NCBI GenBank assembly: GCA_047284725.1
Contig: JBJBEO010000001.1
Span: forward strand, 2,360,203-2,424,202
DNA: 64,000 nucleotides
Direction: 5' to 3'
DNA from: Synechococcus sp.
GTDB lineage: Bacteria > Cyanobacteriota > Cyanobacteriia > PCC-6307 > Cyanobiaceae
Both the position numbers and the translations under genes were made by a program. The notes below the pieces were generated by a model, which did no database searches, was not told the DNA's origin, and was given only the letters and a program-made list of their open reading frames with translations. Of this stretch, positions 51,818 to 61,900 are shown piece after piece (positions within the stretch are counted from its first letter, which is position 1; each line of letters begins with the position of its first letter).

Positions 51818-53857
51818 TCAGCTCTGACCCACCAGTTTCTGACGTAGCTGTTTGATCCGGTCCCGAAGGTTGGCCGCCTCCTCGAAATCAAGCTTCTTGG
51901 CGGCATCCTTCATGCGCAGCTCCAGCTGATCAATCAACTCAGGCAACGCATCGAGAGCCATGCCGTCAGTGTCGTCTTCAATCGCTTGCACCGCTTTACC
52001 GGCCACCTTCACCAGATCGGCATCGGGACCATCGGTCTTGAGCTTCCGCGACAACTCAAGAAAGGAGAGAATCGAGTTGCTGGCCTTTTTGCCTGCGGCC
52101 GTGGGCACGATGCCGTGCTTTTCGTTGTAGGCCTGTTGGATCCTGCGGCGACGTTCGGTCTCTTCAATCGCCTTGGCCATCGAGTCGGTCATGTTGTCGG
52201 CATACAACAGCGCAACCCCGTCCACATGGCGCGCCGCTCGACCGATGGTCTGGATCAGAGAGCGTTCGGCCCGCAGGAAGCCCTCCTTATCCGCATCAAG
52301 GATCGCCACCAACGACACCTCAGGCAGGTCGAGACCTTCCCGCAGCAGGTTCACACCCACCAGCACGTCGTACTCACCCATCCGCAGATCTTGGATGATC
52401 TCGATGCGCTCGATCGAATGAATCTCAGAGTGCAGATAGCGCACCCGCACCTCATTTTCCGCCAGATAATCGGTGAGGTCTTCCGCCATGCGCTTGGTGA
52501 GGGTGGTCACCAGAACCCGCTCCTGTTTCTTGGCCCGCGTACGGATCTCGCCGAGCAGGTCATCCACCTGACCTGTGGTGGGCCGCACCTCAACAATCGG
52601 ATCGAGCACGCCGGTGGGGCGAATCACCTGCTCCGCCACCTGGCCATCGCTCACCTCCATCTCCCAGTTGCCAGGAGTCGCGCTGACAAACACCGTCTGA
52701 CGCGCCTTGGTCCAAAATTCCTCCCCCTTCAGCGGCCGGTTGTCGGCGGCGCTGGGCAGGCGGAATCCATGGTCGATCAACACCTTCTTGCGAGCCTGAT
52801 CGCCGTTGTACATCGCCTGCAACTGAGAACAGGTGACATGGCTCTCGTCCACGATCAGCAGCCAGTCGTCCGGGAAGTAATCAATCAGACACTCAGGCGC
52901 TGAACCGGGCTCACGGCCGGCCAGGTGACGGGCGTAGTTCTCAACGCCATTGCAGTAGCCCACCTGTCCGAGCATCTCAAGGTCATAGGTGGTGCGCTGC
53001 TCGAGACGCTGAGCCTCCAGCAACTTGCCCTCTGCATTGAGGACGTGAAGCCGTTCTTTCAGTTCGGAACGGATGTCTTTGATGGCGGTATTGAGCCGCT
53101 CCTTGGGCGTCACGAAGTGCTTGGCCGGATAGATATTGATCGCCTCCATGCTCTGAAGGATCTCGCCGGTGGTGGGATCGACATATCGGATCGCCTCCAC
53201 TTCGTCACCAAACAGTTCAACCCTTACCAAACGGTCTTCGTAGGCGGGACCGATTTCAAGCACATCGCCGCGAACCCGGAAACGGCCTCGCGTGATGTCG
53301 GTGTCATTGCGGCTGTATTGATTGTTAACCAGTTCCCGCAGAGAACCCCGCAAATCTAGGCTTTCTCCAACCTCAAATTTCACCGAGGCCTTGAGATATT
53401 CACTGGGAATTCCAAGGCCGTAAATGCAGCTGATCGACGCAACGACGATCACATCTCGGCGCTCAAACAGCGAGCGAGTCGCAGAGTGGCGGAGCATATC
53501 GATTTCTTCGTTGATCGATGCTGTTTTCGCGATGTAGGTATCGCTAACGGGTACGTAAGCCTCCGGCTGGTAATAGTCGTAATAGGAGATGAAATATTCG
53601 ACAGCGTTATTGGGGAAGAATTCCCGCAACTCATTACAGAGCTGAGCCGCCAGGGTTTTGTTATGGGCAAGAACCAGGGCCGGACGTCCTGTTTTGGCGA
53701 TCACATTCGCCATCGTGAAGGTCTTGCCCGTGCCCGTGGCACCCAGCAGAGTCTGATAAGGCTCGCCGCTGGTGACGCCCTCCACCAACTGGGCGATGGC
53801 GGTGGGTTGATCACCCTGCGGGATGTAAGGAGCAGTGAGGTCGTACTGGGGATTCAC
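51818..53857 (-). CDS. uvrB: Excinuclease ABC subunit B
   Basis: [38 protein letters not shown] and C-terminal FEEAANLRD. Confidence 0.99.
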   Translation of the reverse strand: MNPQYDLTAPYIPQGDQPTAIAQLVEGVTSGEPYQTLLGATGTGKTFTMANVIAKTGRPALVLAHNKTLAAQLCNELREFFPNNAVEYFISYYDYYQPEAYVPVSDTYIAKTASINEEIDMLRHSATRSLFERRDVIVVASISCIYGLGIPSEYLKASVKFEVGESLDLRGSLRELVNNQYSRNDTDITRGRFRVRGDVLEIGPAYEDRLVRVELFGDEVEAIRYVDPTTGEILQSMEAINIYPAKHFVTPKERLNTAIKDIRSELKERLHVLNAEGKLLEAQRLEQRTTYDLEMLGQVGYCNGVENYARHLAGREPGSAPECLIDYFPDDWLLIVDESHVTCSQLQAMYNGDQARKKVLIDHGFRLPSAADNRPLKGEEFWTKARQTVFVSATPGNWEMEVSDGQVAEQVIRPTGVLDPIVEVRPTTGQVDDLLGEIRTRAKKQERVLVTTLTKRMAEDLTDYLAENEVRVRYLHSEIHSIERIEIIQDLRMGEYDVLVGVNLLREGLDLPEVSLVAILDADKEGFLRAERSLIQTIGRAARHVDGVALLYADNMTDSMAKAIEETERRRRIQQAYNEKHGIVPTAAGKKASNSILSFLELSRKLKTDGPDADLVKVAGKAVQAIEDDTDGMALDALPELIDQLELRMKDAAKKLDFEEAANLRDRIKQLRQKLVGQS

Positions 53858-54012
53858 GTCACGTCCAGCGCGGCCAGAAACTCAGCTTATGGGGCCGGCT
53901 TGGATGAATGCTGCCGAGGCTTGCACGCGCGTGCCGGCCACAACGGCCAAAAAAAAGGCGTGACCATGTCACGCCCTGCGACTGCCTGATTGCAGACATC
54001 GACTGCGAAGCC

Positions 54013-54789
54013 TCAGCGCTGGACGCGCACCGCAGCGGTGGCCAGAGCCTCTCTCAGACTTCGCACGACAGCAACCATCGCCAGTTCATCACCAAGACGA
54101 TTCACCGCAGAACCCACGCCAACGCCGGAAGCACCAGCCGCGATCGCCATGGGCAGGGTGACCGCCGACAGACCGGACGCACAGAGCACGGGCACCGCCG
54201 ATGCAGCCTGTTCAAGAGCAGAACTGATGCTGTGAGCTGCAGCCAAGGTGGGTGCTGCCTTTTCGATCAGACCAAGGCTGCCAGGGCTGAAGGGCTTGGC
54301 GCTGGTGCCGCCTTCGGTCTGAATCAGATCAGCTCCGGCTTCAACCAACGCCACCGCCAGCTGCTCTTGCTCGTCCATGGGCAGGAGGTGAGGCACGGTG
54401 ACGCTCAGCACCACCTCTGGCAGCAGCGTCCGAGTTTGGCGGGTGAGGGCAAGCACTTCGGCAGCATCAAAAATGCGGCCCTGGGGGTAGAAGGCATCGA
54501 AGTTGCCGATTTCCACCATCACGGCACCCGCGGCCACAGCTGCGGGAAAGAGCGCAGGCTCCACCGCCGACACACACACAGGAAGGCCACCGGATTCGCG
54601 GATTGCCAGGGCAACCAGCTCGGGGTCACAGGCCACATCCAGCAGATCTGCACCGCCATGGCCAGCGGCACGGGCCACCCTCGACACGGAGGCGGCATCG
54701 AAATTCATCAGACCGGCAATCACCTTCAGAGCCGAGCGCTGCTCAAGGCGCTGACGCAGAGAGGTGGGCAACTGGGCGAGGCGGGTCAT
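54013..54789 (-). CDS. DUF561/Ycf23 family protein
   Basis: LKVIAGLMNFD, EIGNFDAFY, IQTEGG and ASGLS motifs; start MTRLAQLP. Confidence 0.85.
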   Translation of the reverse strand: MTRLAQLPTSLRQRLEQRSALKVIAGLMNFDAASVSRVARAAGHGGADLLDVACDPELVALAIRESGGLPVCVSAVEPALFPAAVAAGAVMVEIGNFDAFYPQGRIFDAAEVLALTRQTRTLLPEVVLSVTVPHLLPMDEQEQLAVALVEAGADLIQTEGGTSAKPFSPGSLGLIEKAAPTLAAAHSISSALEQAASAVPVLCASGLSAVTLPMAIAAGASGVGVGSAVNRLGDELAMVAVVRSLREALATAAVRVQR

Positions 54790-54824
54790 CAGGCCAGAGT
54801 CATATCCATTAATCCTCCCATCGC

Positions 54825-55859
54825 ATGGATCCCCAAGCCGATCCAGCCCTGCGCCACTGCTGGTCGGCATGGCACGACCGACTCCATCGCGAGCTTCTGC
54901 GGCATCCGCACTGGCTTCCGCAAGGGGCACCCCTGCTCCTCGCCCTCTCCGGCGGTCAAGACTCCATGGCCCTCACCGCCCTGTTGATGGGCCTGCAGCG
55001 GCTGCACCACTGGGAGCTCCATCTCTGGCATGGCGATCACGGCTGGCATGACGAATCAGCAGCCATAGCCAAAGGCCTGCAGGCATGGTGCAACCAGCAA
55101 GCACTTTCACTCCAGATCAGCCGCGCTGAACGGGGGGAGGCCACGAGCGAAGCCACAGCCCGTCGGTGGCGTTACCGCCAACTCGGCCAACACGCCATCA
55201 ATCTTGGGCTGAGTGCCCTGCAACAGCCATGCCGGCGTGTGGTCTGCGCACACACGGCCACCGACAAAGCGGAGACATTGCTGCTGCAGATGGCCCGTGG
55301 CACCGATCTGGCCGGCCTTGGCAGCCTGCGCCGCGAACGTCCTCTCGGAGAACCGAACCACCCCACGTTGTTGGTGGTGCGACCTCTCCTTGGCTTCAGC
55401 CGAGCAGAAACAGCCTCGATATGCGGGGATCTGAACCTGCCGATCTGGCTGGATCCCAGCAACAACGACCTGCACTTCAGCCGCAACCGCATCCGCCATG
55501 ACGTGATGCCAGTTCTGGAAAGCCTTCATCCCGGCTGCGACCAGAGGATGGCCCAGCTGTCTGAGCGTTTGTCACAGGTACAAAACACCCAAAGCGCACT
55601 ACTGGACCTCAGCCTGGACAGCCTTCAAAACGACAATGGGCTTGATCGCCGCCGACTCTCAGCCATGGCGATCGATCTGCGTCGATCATTACTGGCCCGA
55701 TGGCTTCAGAACCGGGGAGCACCAGTGCTCAACGCCAGGCAGCTGGAAGACCTGACCAGCGCAATCGCGCCGAATGCGGCACCGGGCGGACGGGATTTAG
55801 GCCGAGGCTGGCGCCTCCACTGGACCAAGAACGCAGTAAAACTGAAAGAGCACGCATGA
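54825..55859 (+). CDS. tilS: tRNA(Ile)-lysidine synthetase
   Basis: PP-loop SGGQDS, HGDHGW, EATARRWRY, HTATDKAET, RPLL, DPSN and RNRIR. Confidence 0.96.
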   Translation: MDPQADPALRHCWSAWHDRLHRELLRHPHWLPQGAPLLLALSGGQDSMALTALLMGLQRLHHWELHLWHGDHGWHDESAAIAKGLQAWCNQQALSLQISRAERGEATSEATARRWRYRQLGQHAINLGLSALQQPCRRVVCAHTATDKAETLLLQMARGTDLAGLGSLRRERPLGEPNHPTLLVVRPLLGFSRAETASICGDLNLPIWLDPSNNDLHFSRNRIRHDVMPVLESLHPGCDQRMAQLSERLSQVQNTQSALLDLSLDSLQNDNGLDRRRLSAMAIDLRRSLLARWLQNRGAPVLNARQLEDLTSAIAPNAAPGGRDLGRGWRLHWTKNAVKLKEHA

Positions 55860-55865
55860 ACCGTT

Positions 55866-56783
55866 GTGGAAGGGGATGTTCAGCAGGAGTACCTCGCGGC
55901 TGAACAGGCCTACGGCGAGGGGGACTTCGACCAGGCCGAAGCGATCGCCAGCGCCTTGTTAAGCCGTCTCGACATCACCACAAGCAGCGGCGCCGAAGAG
56001 GAGGCCTGTCTGGCCTGGAGGGCCTTCGTGGCTCTCTTGCTCGGCCACATCTATTTCCACGGACTCCATCAGCCCAACACCGCTGAAGAGCACTACCAGC
56101 TCGTACTGGCCAGCCGCCCCCCTGACACCCTGAGGGATCTAGCGCAACAAGGTGTGGAGCGCTGCAGAGCCTTGGCGGATCAAGGCCTCTCTAATGATCC
56201 CGTCTCCGGTGGCAGCTCAGAAGAGGTGGATGGCGCATCGATGATCAGTGCACCACCCACCAGTGCACGGGACAACAACTCAGGAATGGATGCGGTGCCA
56301 ACGCTGGATCAGGGCCTGATTCAAGATCCGTTCCTCAGCAGCGTCAGCGGCACCACAACCCCCGTCCCAGCAACACATGATTCAGCCGCCCCTTGGCTGC
56401 AGAGTGAGGCGCAGTCAGCCAGCGACGGGGACGACAACGAGTCCATCGCTGATGCCCCCGTCGATTCCCCTGAGTCGTCTGCAGCCACGTTGATTGAATC
56501 AGCAACGACGGAAGTCCAGGTTGTCGACGCCAGCGACGTTGCAGTCGCATCATCAGCGACAACGACTGACGCCGATCCCACTGACGACGATGGAACTCCA
56601 CCGCTCAACAACGTCGTGACCCTCACAAGCGTTGAACCAGACGAGGCTCACACCCCAGCACCGGAAGCAGCACCACAGGCAGGCGTTGAAGACTTGCCAT
56701 CGGAGCAGCCTGCGATGGCAGTTGAGCCCCTCGACCTCAGCCCCTGGTTGCTGCGACGCACCATCACATCCAACAAAGGTTGA
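55866..56783 (+). CDS. Hypothetical protein: TPR-like helical N-terminus plus acidic low-complexity tail
   Basis: AEQAYGEGDFDQAEAIA and LLLGHIYFHG...AEEHYQLVL look TPR-like; the remainder is rich in D/E/S/T/A/P. Confidence 0.7.
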   Translation: MEGDVQQEYLAAEQAYGEGDFDQAEAIASALLSRLDITTSSGAEEEACLAWRAFVALLLGHIYFHGLHQPNTAEEHYQLVLASRPPDTLRDLAQQGVERCRALADQGLSNDPVSGGSSEEVDGASMISAPPTSARDNNSGMDAVPTLDQGLIQDPFLSSVSGTTTPVPATHDSAAPWLQSEAQSASDGDDNESIADAPVDSPESSAATLIESATTEVQVVDASDVAVASSATTTDADPTDDDGTPPLNNVVTLTSVEPDEAHTPAPEAAPQAGVEDLPSEQPAMAVEPLDLSPWLLRRTITSNKG

Positions 56784-56838
56784 GCTGAAGGATTATTTAC
56801 AGAAACACTCTCTAATCTGCAGTCAACGGCAACTCATA

Positions 56839-57588
56839 GTGCTGGAGCCCACACTTCCTGATTTGGGGTTGATTCTGTCTTCGGAAGGCCTCCAATTGCT
56901 CAAGAGCCATGGGCTTTTGGAGTCACTGGTGGAACGAATGTTGATCACCGAGGTGACCAGCCAGGTCAGCCTCACTGATGAGCAGCGTCAGGCCGCCATC
57001 AGCGACCACCTGCGCAAAAACAACATCGCCTCTCCCGATGCGCTCGGCACCCAGATCGGAGCCAGCGGACTCACTGAAGCCGCCTTCTACGACAAGCTGT
57101 TGCGTCCAGCCCGTTTGGCGCGCGTTGCGCAAGAGCAATTCGGAGCGAAAGCCGAAGCTCGCTTTCTCGCCGAAAAGGGACGGCTCGATCGCGTGGTGTA
57201 CAGCCTGCTGCGTCTTCAGAGCGCGTCCCAGGCCCAGGAGCTTTATCTACGCATTGCCCACGGCGAAGCCAACTTCAGCGATCTGGCCGGCCTCTACTCC
57301 CAGGGGATGGAGCGCAACACCAACGGAGTGATCGGACCTGTACCACTCAACCAGGCCCATCCGACCCTGTCGGAAAAACTTCGGGCCGCCAAACCGGGGA
57401 TGTTGCTCGAGCCGTTCCGCATCGACCGTTGGTGGTTGGTGACCAGACTCGAGCGCTTCGCTCAGGCGAGCTTTGACGAAGGAATGGCAGCTCAGATGAG
57501 CATGGAGTTGCTGCAGGAATGGTTAAAAGACAAGACACGGCGCTGCATTCAGGCCCTCTCCATCAACACTGATAACGGTTCGAACTGA
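56839..57588 (+). CDS. PpiC/parvulin-type peptidylprolyl isomerase-like protein
   Basis: VVYSLLR, FSDLAGLYSQG and GVIGP motifs; directly upstream of the HlyB/HlyD genes; start GTG 56839 estimated. Confidence 0.8.
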   Translation: MLEPTLPDLGLILSSEGLQLLKSHGLLESLVERMLITEVTSQVSLTDEQRQAAISDHLRKNNIASPDALGTQIGASGLTEAAFYDKLLRPARLARVAQEQFGAKAEARFLAEKGRLDRVVYSLLRLQSASQAQELYLRIAHGEANFSDLAGLYSQGMERNTNGVIGPVPLNQAHPTLSEKLRAAKPGMLLEPFRIDRWWLVTRLERFAQASFDEGMAAQMSMELLQEWLKDKTRRCIQALSINTDNGSN

Positions 57589-57590
57589 TC

Positions 57591-60560
57591 ATGAGCCAGT
57601 CCACCGTTGATCCATTGCTGCAGCACGAAGCCTTTCAAGGCCTGAGCGAAGCATCCAAAACGCGATTGCTCGATGGCGTTGAACTGCTCTCCTTTGATCT
57701 CGGCCAACAACTGGTCGAATCCAGCGTCATCCCAGGCCGGATCCTGATCCTGCTGGAAGGGCAGGCCCGCCTCGTGGGTAACGATTTGGGTCGCCTGGTC
57801 TCCCTTGGCAAATTCGGTCCTGGCGCCGTCCTGGGTGCAGCCAGCCTGCTCTGTGGGCGCAGCTGCGAAAACCTCATTGCCAGCGACGCCCTCAAGGCCG
57901 CGGCCATCAAGGATGAGCTGTGGGCTGAGCTCTATCAAAACGACCGCAGTTTCAAGCATTGGTGCGACAGCCAACTCTGGGGCCAAGAGGTGATTGCCCT
58001 CCTGCAGGATCTGCAACAAAGCAAGGCCCACGCAAGCAGCACATCGCTGCGGATGCTGCAGACAAGCCTGCGCGAAGCCCAACGGGTTGCCTTGGATGCT
58101 GATGCTCTGCACACAGCTGATGCCGACGGACGCCAGGTGTTTCTCGTCTCGGCATGGAACGGCAGCACCCCTGGCACAGCGGTGACGGCGACTTCGCTCC
58201 CACCTGAGAGCAATCCCTTCCCAGCCCGGATGATCAGTCTGCCCAAGGCTCTGGTGGAGGAGATCCTCAGCGACATCCCATCCAGGGCATCCGAACTGAG
58301 CGCAACAGACGCCATCAAGCGCGATGTCTCAGAGAGTGACCAACCCGGCAATCTCACCACCCTGCCAGCAGGACCGACGCCCGTCAGTCGCTTCGACCCG
58401 AATGGGGATGTGCTCGATCAACTGCGGCTGATCCGCGCTGAAGGCGTCCTTCAGGAAACCCTCGCCTGCTTCCAGATGCTGGCGCAGCTGATGAAACTGC
58501 CCGTGCGCCGTGACGCCATCGAGAAAGTGCTGCGCGAGACGAGTCGTCGGGGTCAAACACCTGACCTCCGACTCTGCGGCCAGATTGCAGCAGGCCTGGG
58601 GCTGCATGTCTCCGGAGCCAGGGTGGGGGCAGGCATGGGCACCCGGCTGCAAACACCAACGCTGATTCCCTGGGGCGAAAGCTTTGCGTTGGTGGCCCGC
58701 AGCAACCAGAACGGCCTGACCCTGGCCTCTCCCCGCGACGGCATCATTCACCTCAAGCCTGACCAGCTGGACGACACCTTTTCGGAAGGAATCGATCTCC
58801 TGCTGCTCGACCGCACCAACACCACCCCGAATGAGACCTTCGGGGCCTCCTGGTTCTGGCCTGCTCTGAAACGCCACAAAGGTGTGCTGATTCAGGTTCT
58901 GGTGGCGAGCTTCGTGGTGCAGCTGTTCAGCCTTGCCAACCCATTGCTGATTCAGGTGATCATCGACAAGGTGATCACCCAGCGCAGTCTCGACACCCTG
59001 CAGGTGCTGGGCATTGCCCTGGTGGTGGTCACCTTGCTGGAAGGCATCTTGGGCAGCCTCAAAACCTTCCTGTTCTCAGAAACCACCAATCGAATCGACC
59101 AACGTCTCGGAGCTGAGGTGATCGACCATCTCCTGCGCCTGCCCCTGGGCTATTTCGACAAGCGACCGGTGGGGGAGCTGGGCTCCCGCATCGGCGAATT
59201 GGAGAAAATCCGCAACTTCCTCACGGGCCAGGCCCTCACCACCCTGCTCGATGCCGCCTTCTCGGTGATTTACGTCGTTGTGATGGTTTTCTACAGCTGG
59301 CTGCTCACGTTGATCGCCCTGATCGTGCTGCCGATTCAGGTGGTTCTGACGCTGATCGGAGCCCCCCTGTTCCGGCGTCAGTACCGCCAAGCAGCGGAAG
59401 CCAACGCCAAAACGCAAAGCCATTTGGTGGAAGTGCTCACCGGCATCCAAACCGTGAAAAGCCAGAACGTGGAAATGGTGAGTCGTTTCTCCTGGCAGGA
59501 GCTCTACGAGAGCTACATCAACCGCTCGTTTGAAAAAACGATCAGTGGCACCGTGCTGAGTCAGACCTCCCAGGTCATGCAGAAGCTCTCACAGCTGATG
59601 GTGCTGTGGGTGGGTGCCACCCTGGTACTCAATGGAGATCTCACCCTCGGTCAGCTGATCGCCTTCCGCATCATCTCCGGCTATGTGACCCAACCGCTGC
59701 TCAGGCTGTCTTCAATCTGGCAAAACATTCAAGAGTTGAAGGTGAGTTTCGAGCGTCTGGCCGATGTGATCGACACACCGCAGGAGTCCAACGATGTGGA
59801 CAAAGCGAAGGTGCCGCTCCCTCCGATCGACGGTGCCGTCCACTTCGAAAACGTCAGCTTCCGTTTCCGGCCTGATGCACCACCGGTGCTGAAGGACGTG
59901 AATCTCAAGATCCAACCCGGCACCTTCGTGGGCATCGTGGGCCAGAGCGGCAGCGGCAAGAGCACGTTGATGAAGCTGCTGCCGCGGCTTTATGCCCCAC
60001 AGGAGGGTCGGATCCTGATCGATGGTTACGACATCGACAAAGTAGAGCTGTACTCACTACGGCGCCAGATCGGCATCGTGCCCCAGGATCCTCTGCTCTT
60101 TTCAGGCACGGTGAGCGAGAACATTGCTCTCACCCAGCCAGATGTGGGCAGTGACCAGATCGTGACGGCCGCCAAGTTGGCAGACGCCCACGACTTCATC
60201 ATGAATCTCCCCAGTGGCTACAGCACACCCGTGGGAGAGAGGGGTTCAGCCTTGAGCGGTGGCCAACGTCAACGCATCGCCATCGCCCGCACCCTGCTGA
60301 GCAACCCCAAATTGCTGGTGATGGACGAGGCCACCAGTGCCCTCGACTACGAGACCGAACGCCGGATGTGCAACAACCTGGTACATGGGTTAGGAGATTG
60401 CACACTGTTCTTCATCACCCACCGGTTAGCCACAGTGCGCCGAGCTGACCTGATCGTGGTGATGCATGCAGGGGTCGTTGCCGAAGTGGGCAACCACGAC
60501 GAACTGATGGCCAAACGTGGCCGGTACTACGCGCTCTACCGCCAACAGGAGGCCAACTGA
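57591..60560 (+). CDS. Type I secretion ABC transporter (HlyB family) with cNMP-binding-like and C39-like domains
   Basis: N-terminal cNMP-like domain (LLEGQARLV...GAVLG), TM domain (QVIIDKV), Walker A GQSGSGKS, LSGGQRQR and DEATSALD. Confidence 0.93.
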   Translation: MSQSTVDPLLQHEAFQGLSEASKTRLLDGVELLSFDLGQQLVESSVIPGRILILLEGQARLVGNDLGRLVSLGKFGPGAVLGAASLLCGRSCENLIASDALKAAAIKDELWAELYQNDRSFKHWCDSQLWGQEVIALLQDLQQSKAHASSTSLRMLQTSLREAQRVALDADALHTADADGRQVFLVSAWNGSTPGTAVTATSLPPESNPFPARMISLPKALVEEILSDIPSRASELSATDAIKRDVSESDQPGNLTTLPAGPTPVSRFDPNGDVLDQLRLIRAEGVLQETLACFQMLAQLMKLPVRRDAIEKVLRETSRRGQTPDLRLCGQIAAGLGLHVSGARVGAGMGTRLQTPTLIPWGESFALVARSNQNGLTLASPRDGIIHLKPDQLDDTFSEGIDLLLLDRTNTTPNETFGASWFWPALKRHKGVLIQVLVASFVVQLFSLANPLLIQVIIDKVITQRSLDTLQVLGIALVVVTLLEGILGSLKTFLFSETTNRIDQRLGAEVIDHLLRLPLGYFDKRPVGELGSRIGELEKIRNFLTGQALTTLLDAAFSVIYVVVMVFYSWLLTLIALIVLPIQVVLTLIGAPLFRRQYRQAAEANAKTQSHLVEVLTGIQTVKSQNVEMVSRFSWQELYESYINRSFEKTISGTVLSQTSQVMQKLSQLMVLWVGATLVLNGDLTLGQLIAFRIISGYVTQPLLRLSSIWQNIQELKVSFERLADVIDTPQESNDVDKAKVPLPPIDGAVHFENVSFRFRPDAPPVLKDVNLKIQPGTFVGIVGQSGSGKSTLMKLLPRLYAPQEGRILIDGYDIDKVELYSLRRQIGIVPQDPLLFSGTVSENIALTQPDVGSDQIVTAAKLADAHDFIMNLPSGYSTPVGERGSALSGGQRQRIAIARTLLSNPKLLVMDEATSALDYETERRMCNNLVHGLGDCTLFFITHRLATVRRADLIVVMHAGVVAEVGNHDELMAKRGRYYALYRQQEAN

Positions 60561-60561
60561 G

Positions 60562-61788
60562 ATGGGCAAACTCGCGCACAACCCCGTTGGGGGTCTGATC
60601 CGCAAAGCGCAGGATCAACTTGAGCAGAGAGCAGGTTCTCTGAAGGGCAACAACAGCGTTCTGCAGCAGGATCGTGTCTGGTTGAAGGCGGTGACCTGGG
60701 GCCTGATCGGCACCACCGCCTTCGGCATCGGCTGGCTCGCCATTGCCCGCACGGAAGAAGTGGTGGTGGCACAGGGCAAACTTGAACCCGTGGGCAACGT
60801 GAAAGAACTCCGTGTTCCCACCGGTGGCGTGGTGGAGGAGATCCTCGTGAAGAATGGTGATCGCGTCAGCAAAGGCCAGGTGCTGATCAAACTCGATCAG
60901 GAAAGCAGTGGCGAGCAACTCAAGTCCCTGGAAAAAAGCGTCGCTGAAAAAAGAAGCCAGATCAGCCAAAAGCAGGAACAACTCACGCTCAAGCAACTGG
61001 AACGCCGACGCACGGTTGACCTCAACAACGCACAGCTGGACACCACCCGCGCCAACCTGGCCCTCGAACAGCAGATTCTGGATCGCCTGGCTGGACTCGC
61101 CCAGGAAGGAGCTGCTGCCGATATCCAATATCTGCAGCAACGAAACCGCGTTGCTGAGTTGAAGGGGCAGATCACCAAAGAAGAGCTCGATGGGCGCCGT
61201 CAGATCGCCCAGATCGATCAGCAAGTGGAGCAGCTCAACGCCGAGCTGGCCGGCCTACGCAGTGAACAGGCACAGCTTGAAGCCAATCGCACGGAAGTGA
61301 AGGTGACCAATCGGAACCAGCTACTGCGTGCGCCCGTCGATGGCATCGTGTTTGATCTCAAGCTGACCAACCCTGGCTTCGTCTCTCAGGATCAGTCAAC
61401 ACAAGCCGCCCTAAAAGTGGTGCCGTTCAACACGCTGGAAGCGGATGTGGAAATCCCCAGCAGCAAAATCGGCTTTGTTCGAAAAGGGCAAAACGCTGAG
61501 ATCAGCATTGATTCCTTCCCTGCCACAGATTTCGGCGTGTTGGAAGGGAGTGTGTCATCGGTGGGATCAGATGCCCTGGCCCCTGATGCCCAGAAGGGCC
61601 GGGATGAATATCGCTTCCCCGCCACAATCAAGCTCGATGCGCAGCAGCTCAAATTGAAGAACGGCACTTCGCTCCCCCTTCAGGTGGGGATGTCCCTCAC
61701 GGCCAACATCAAACTGCGCAGCGTCAGCTACCTTCAGCTCCTGCTTAATACATTCCGCAGTAAGACTGACTCATTGCGTCAGATCTGA
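60562..61788 (+). CDS. HlyD family secretion membrane fusion protein
   Basis: Single TM, GGVVEEILVKNGDRV, long coiled coil, LRAPVDGIV and LQVGM. Confidence 0.93.
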   Translation: MGKLAHNPVGGLIRKAQDQLEQRAGSLKGNNSVLQQDRVWLKAVTWGLIGTTAFGIGWLAIARTEEVVVAQGKLEPVGNVKELRVPTGGVVEEILVKNGDRVSKGQVLIKLDQESSGEQLKSLEKSVAEKRSQISQKQEQLTLKQLERRRTVDLNNAQLDTTRANLALEQQILDRLAGLAQEGAAADIQYLQQRNRVAELKGQITKEELDGRRQIAQIDQQVEQLNAELAGLRSEQAQLEANRTEVKVTNRNQLLRAPVDGIVFDLKLTNPGFVSQDQSTQAALKVVPFNTLEADVEIPSSKIGFVRKGQNAEISIDSFPATDFGVLEGSVSSVGSDALAPDAQKGRDEYRFPATIKLDAQQLKLKNGTSLPLQVGMSLTANIKLRSVSYLQLLLNTFRSKTDSLRQI

Positions 61789-61848
61789 ACAACGTTCTGG
61801 TCATGGCTCCTCGAAGCGAATGTCCAGGTGTTGATGCCGCCAATCAAA

Positions 61849-61878
61849 CAAAAGCACCGCCCGAAAGCGGTGCTTTTG
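61849..61878. terminator. Bidirectional rho-independent terminator between hlyD and rnj
   Basis: Perfect 12-bp inverted repeat CAAAAGCACCGC-CCGAAA-GCGGTGCTTTTG with A/T tracts on both arms, between convergent genes. Confidence 0.85.
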
Positions 61879-61900
61879 ATCAACCACCTGGAAGACGGGT

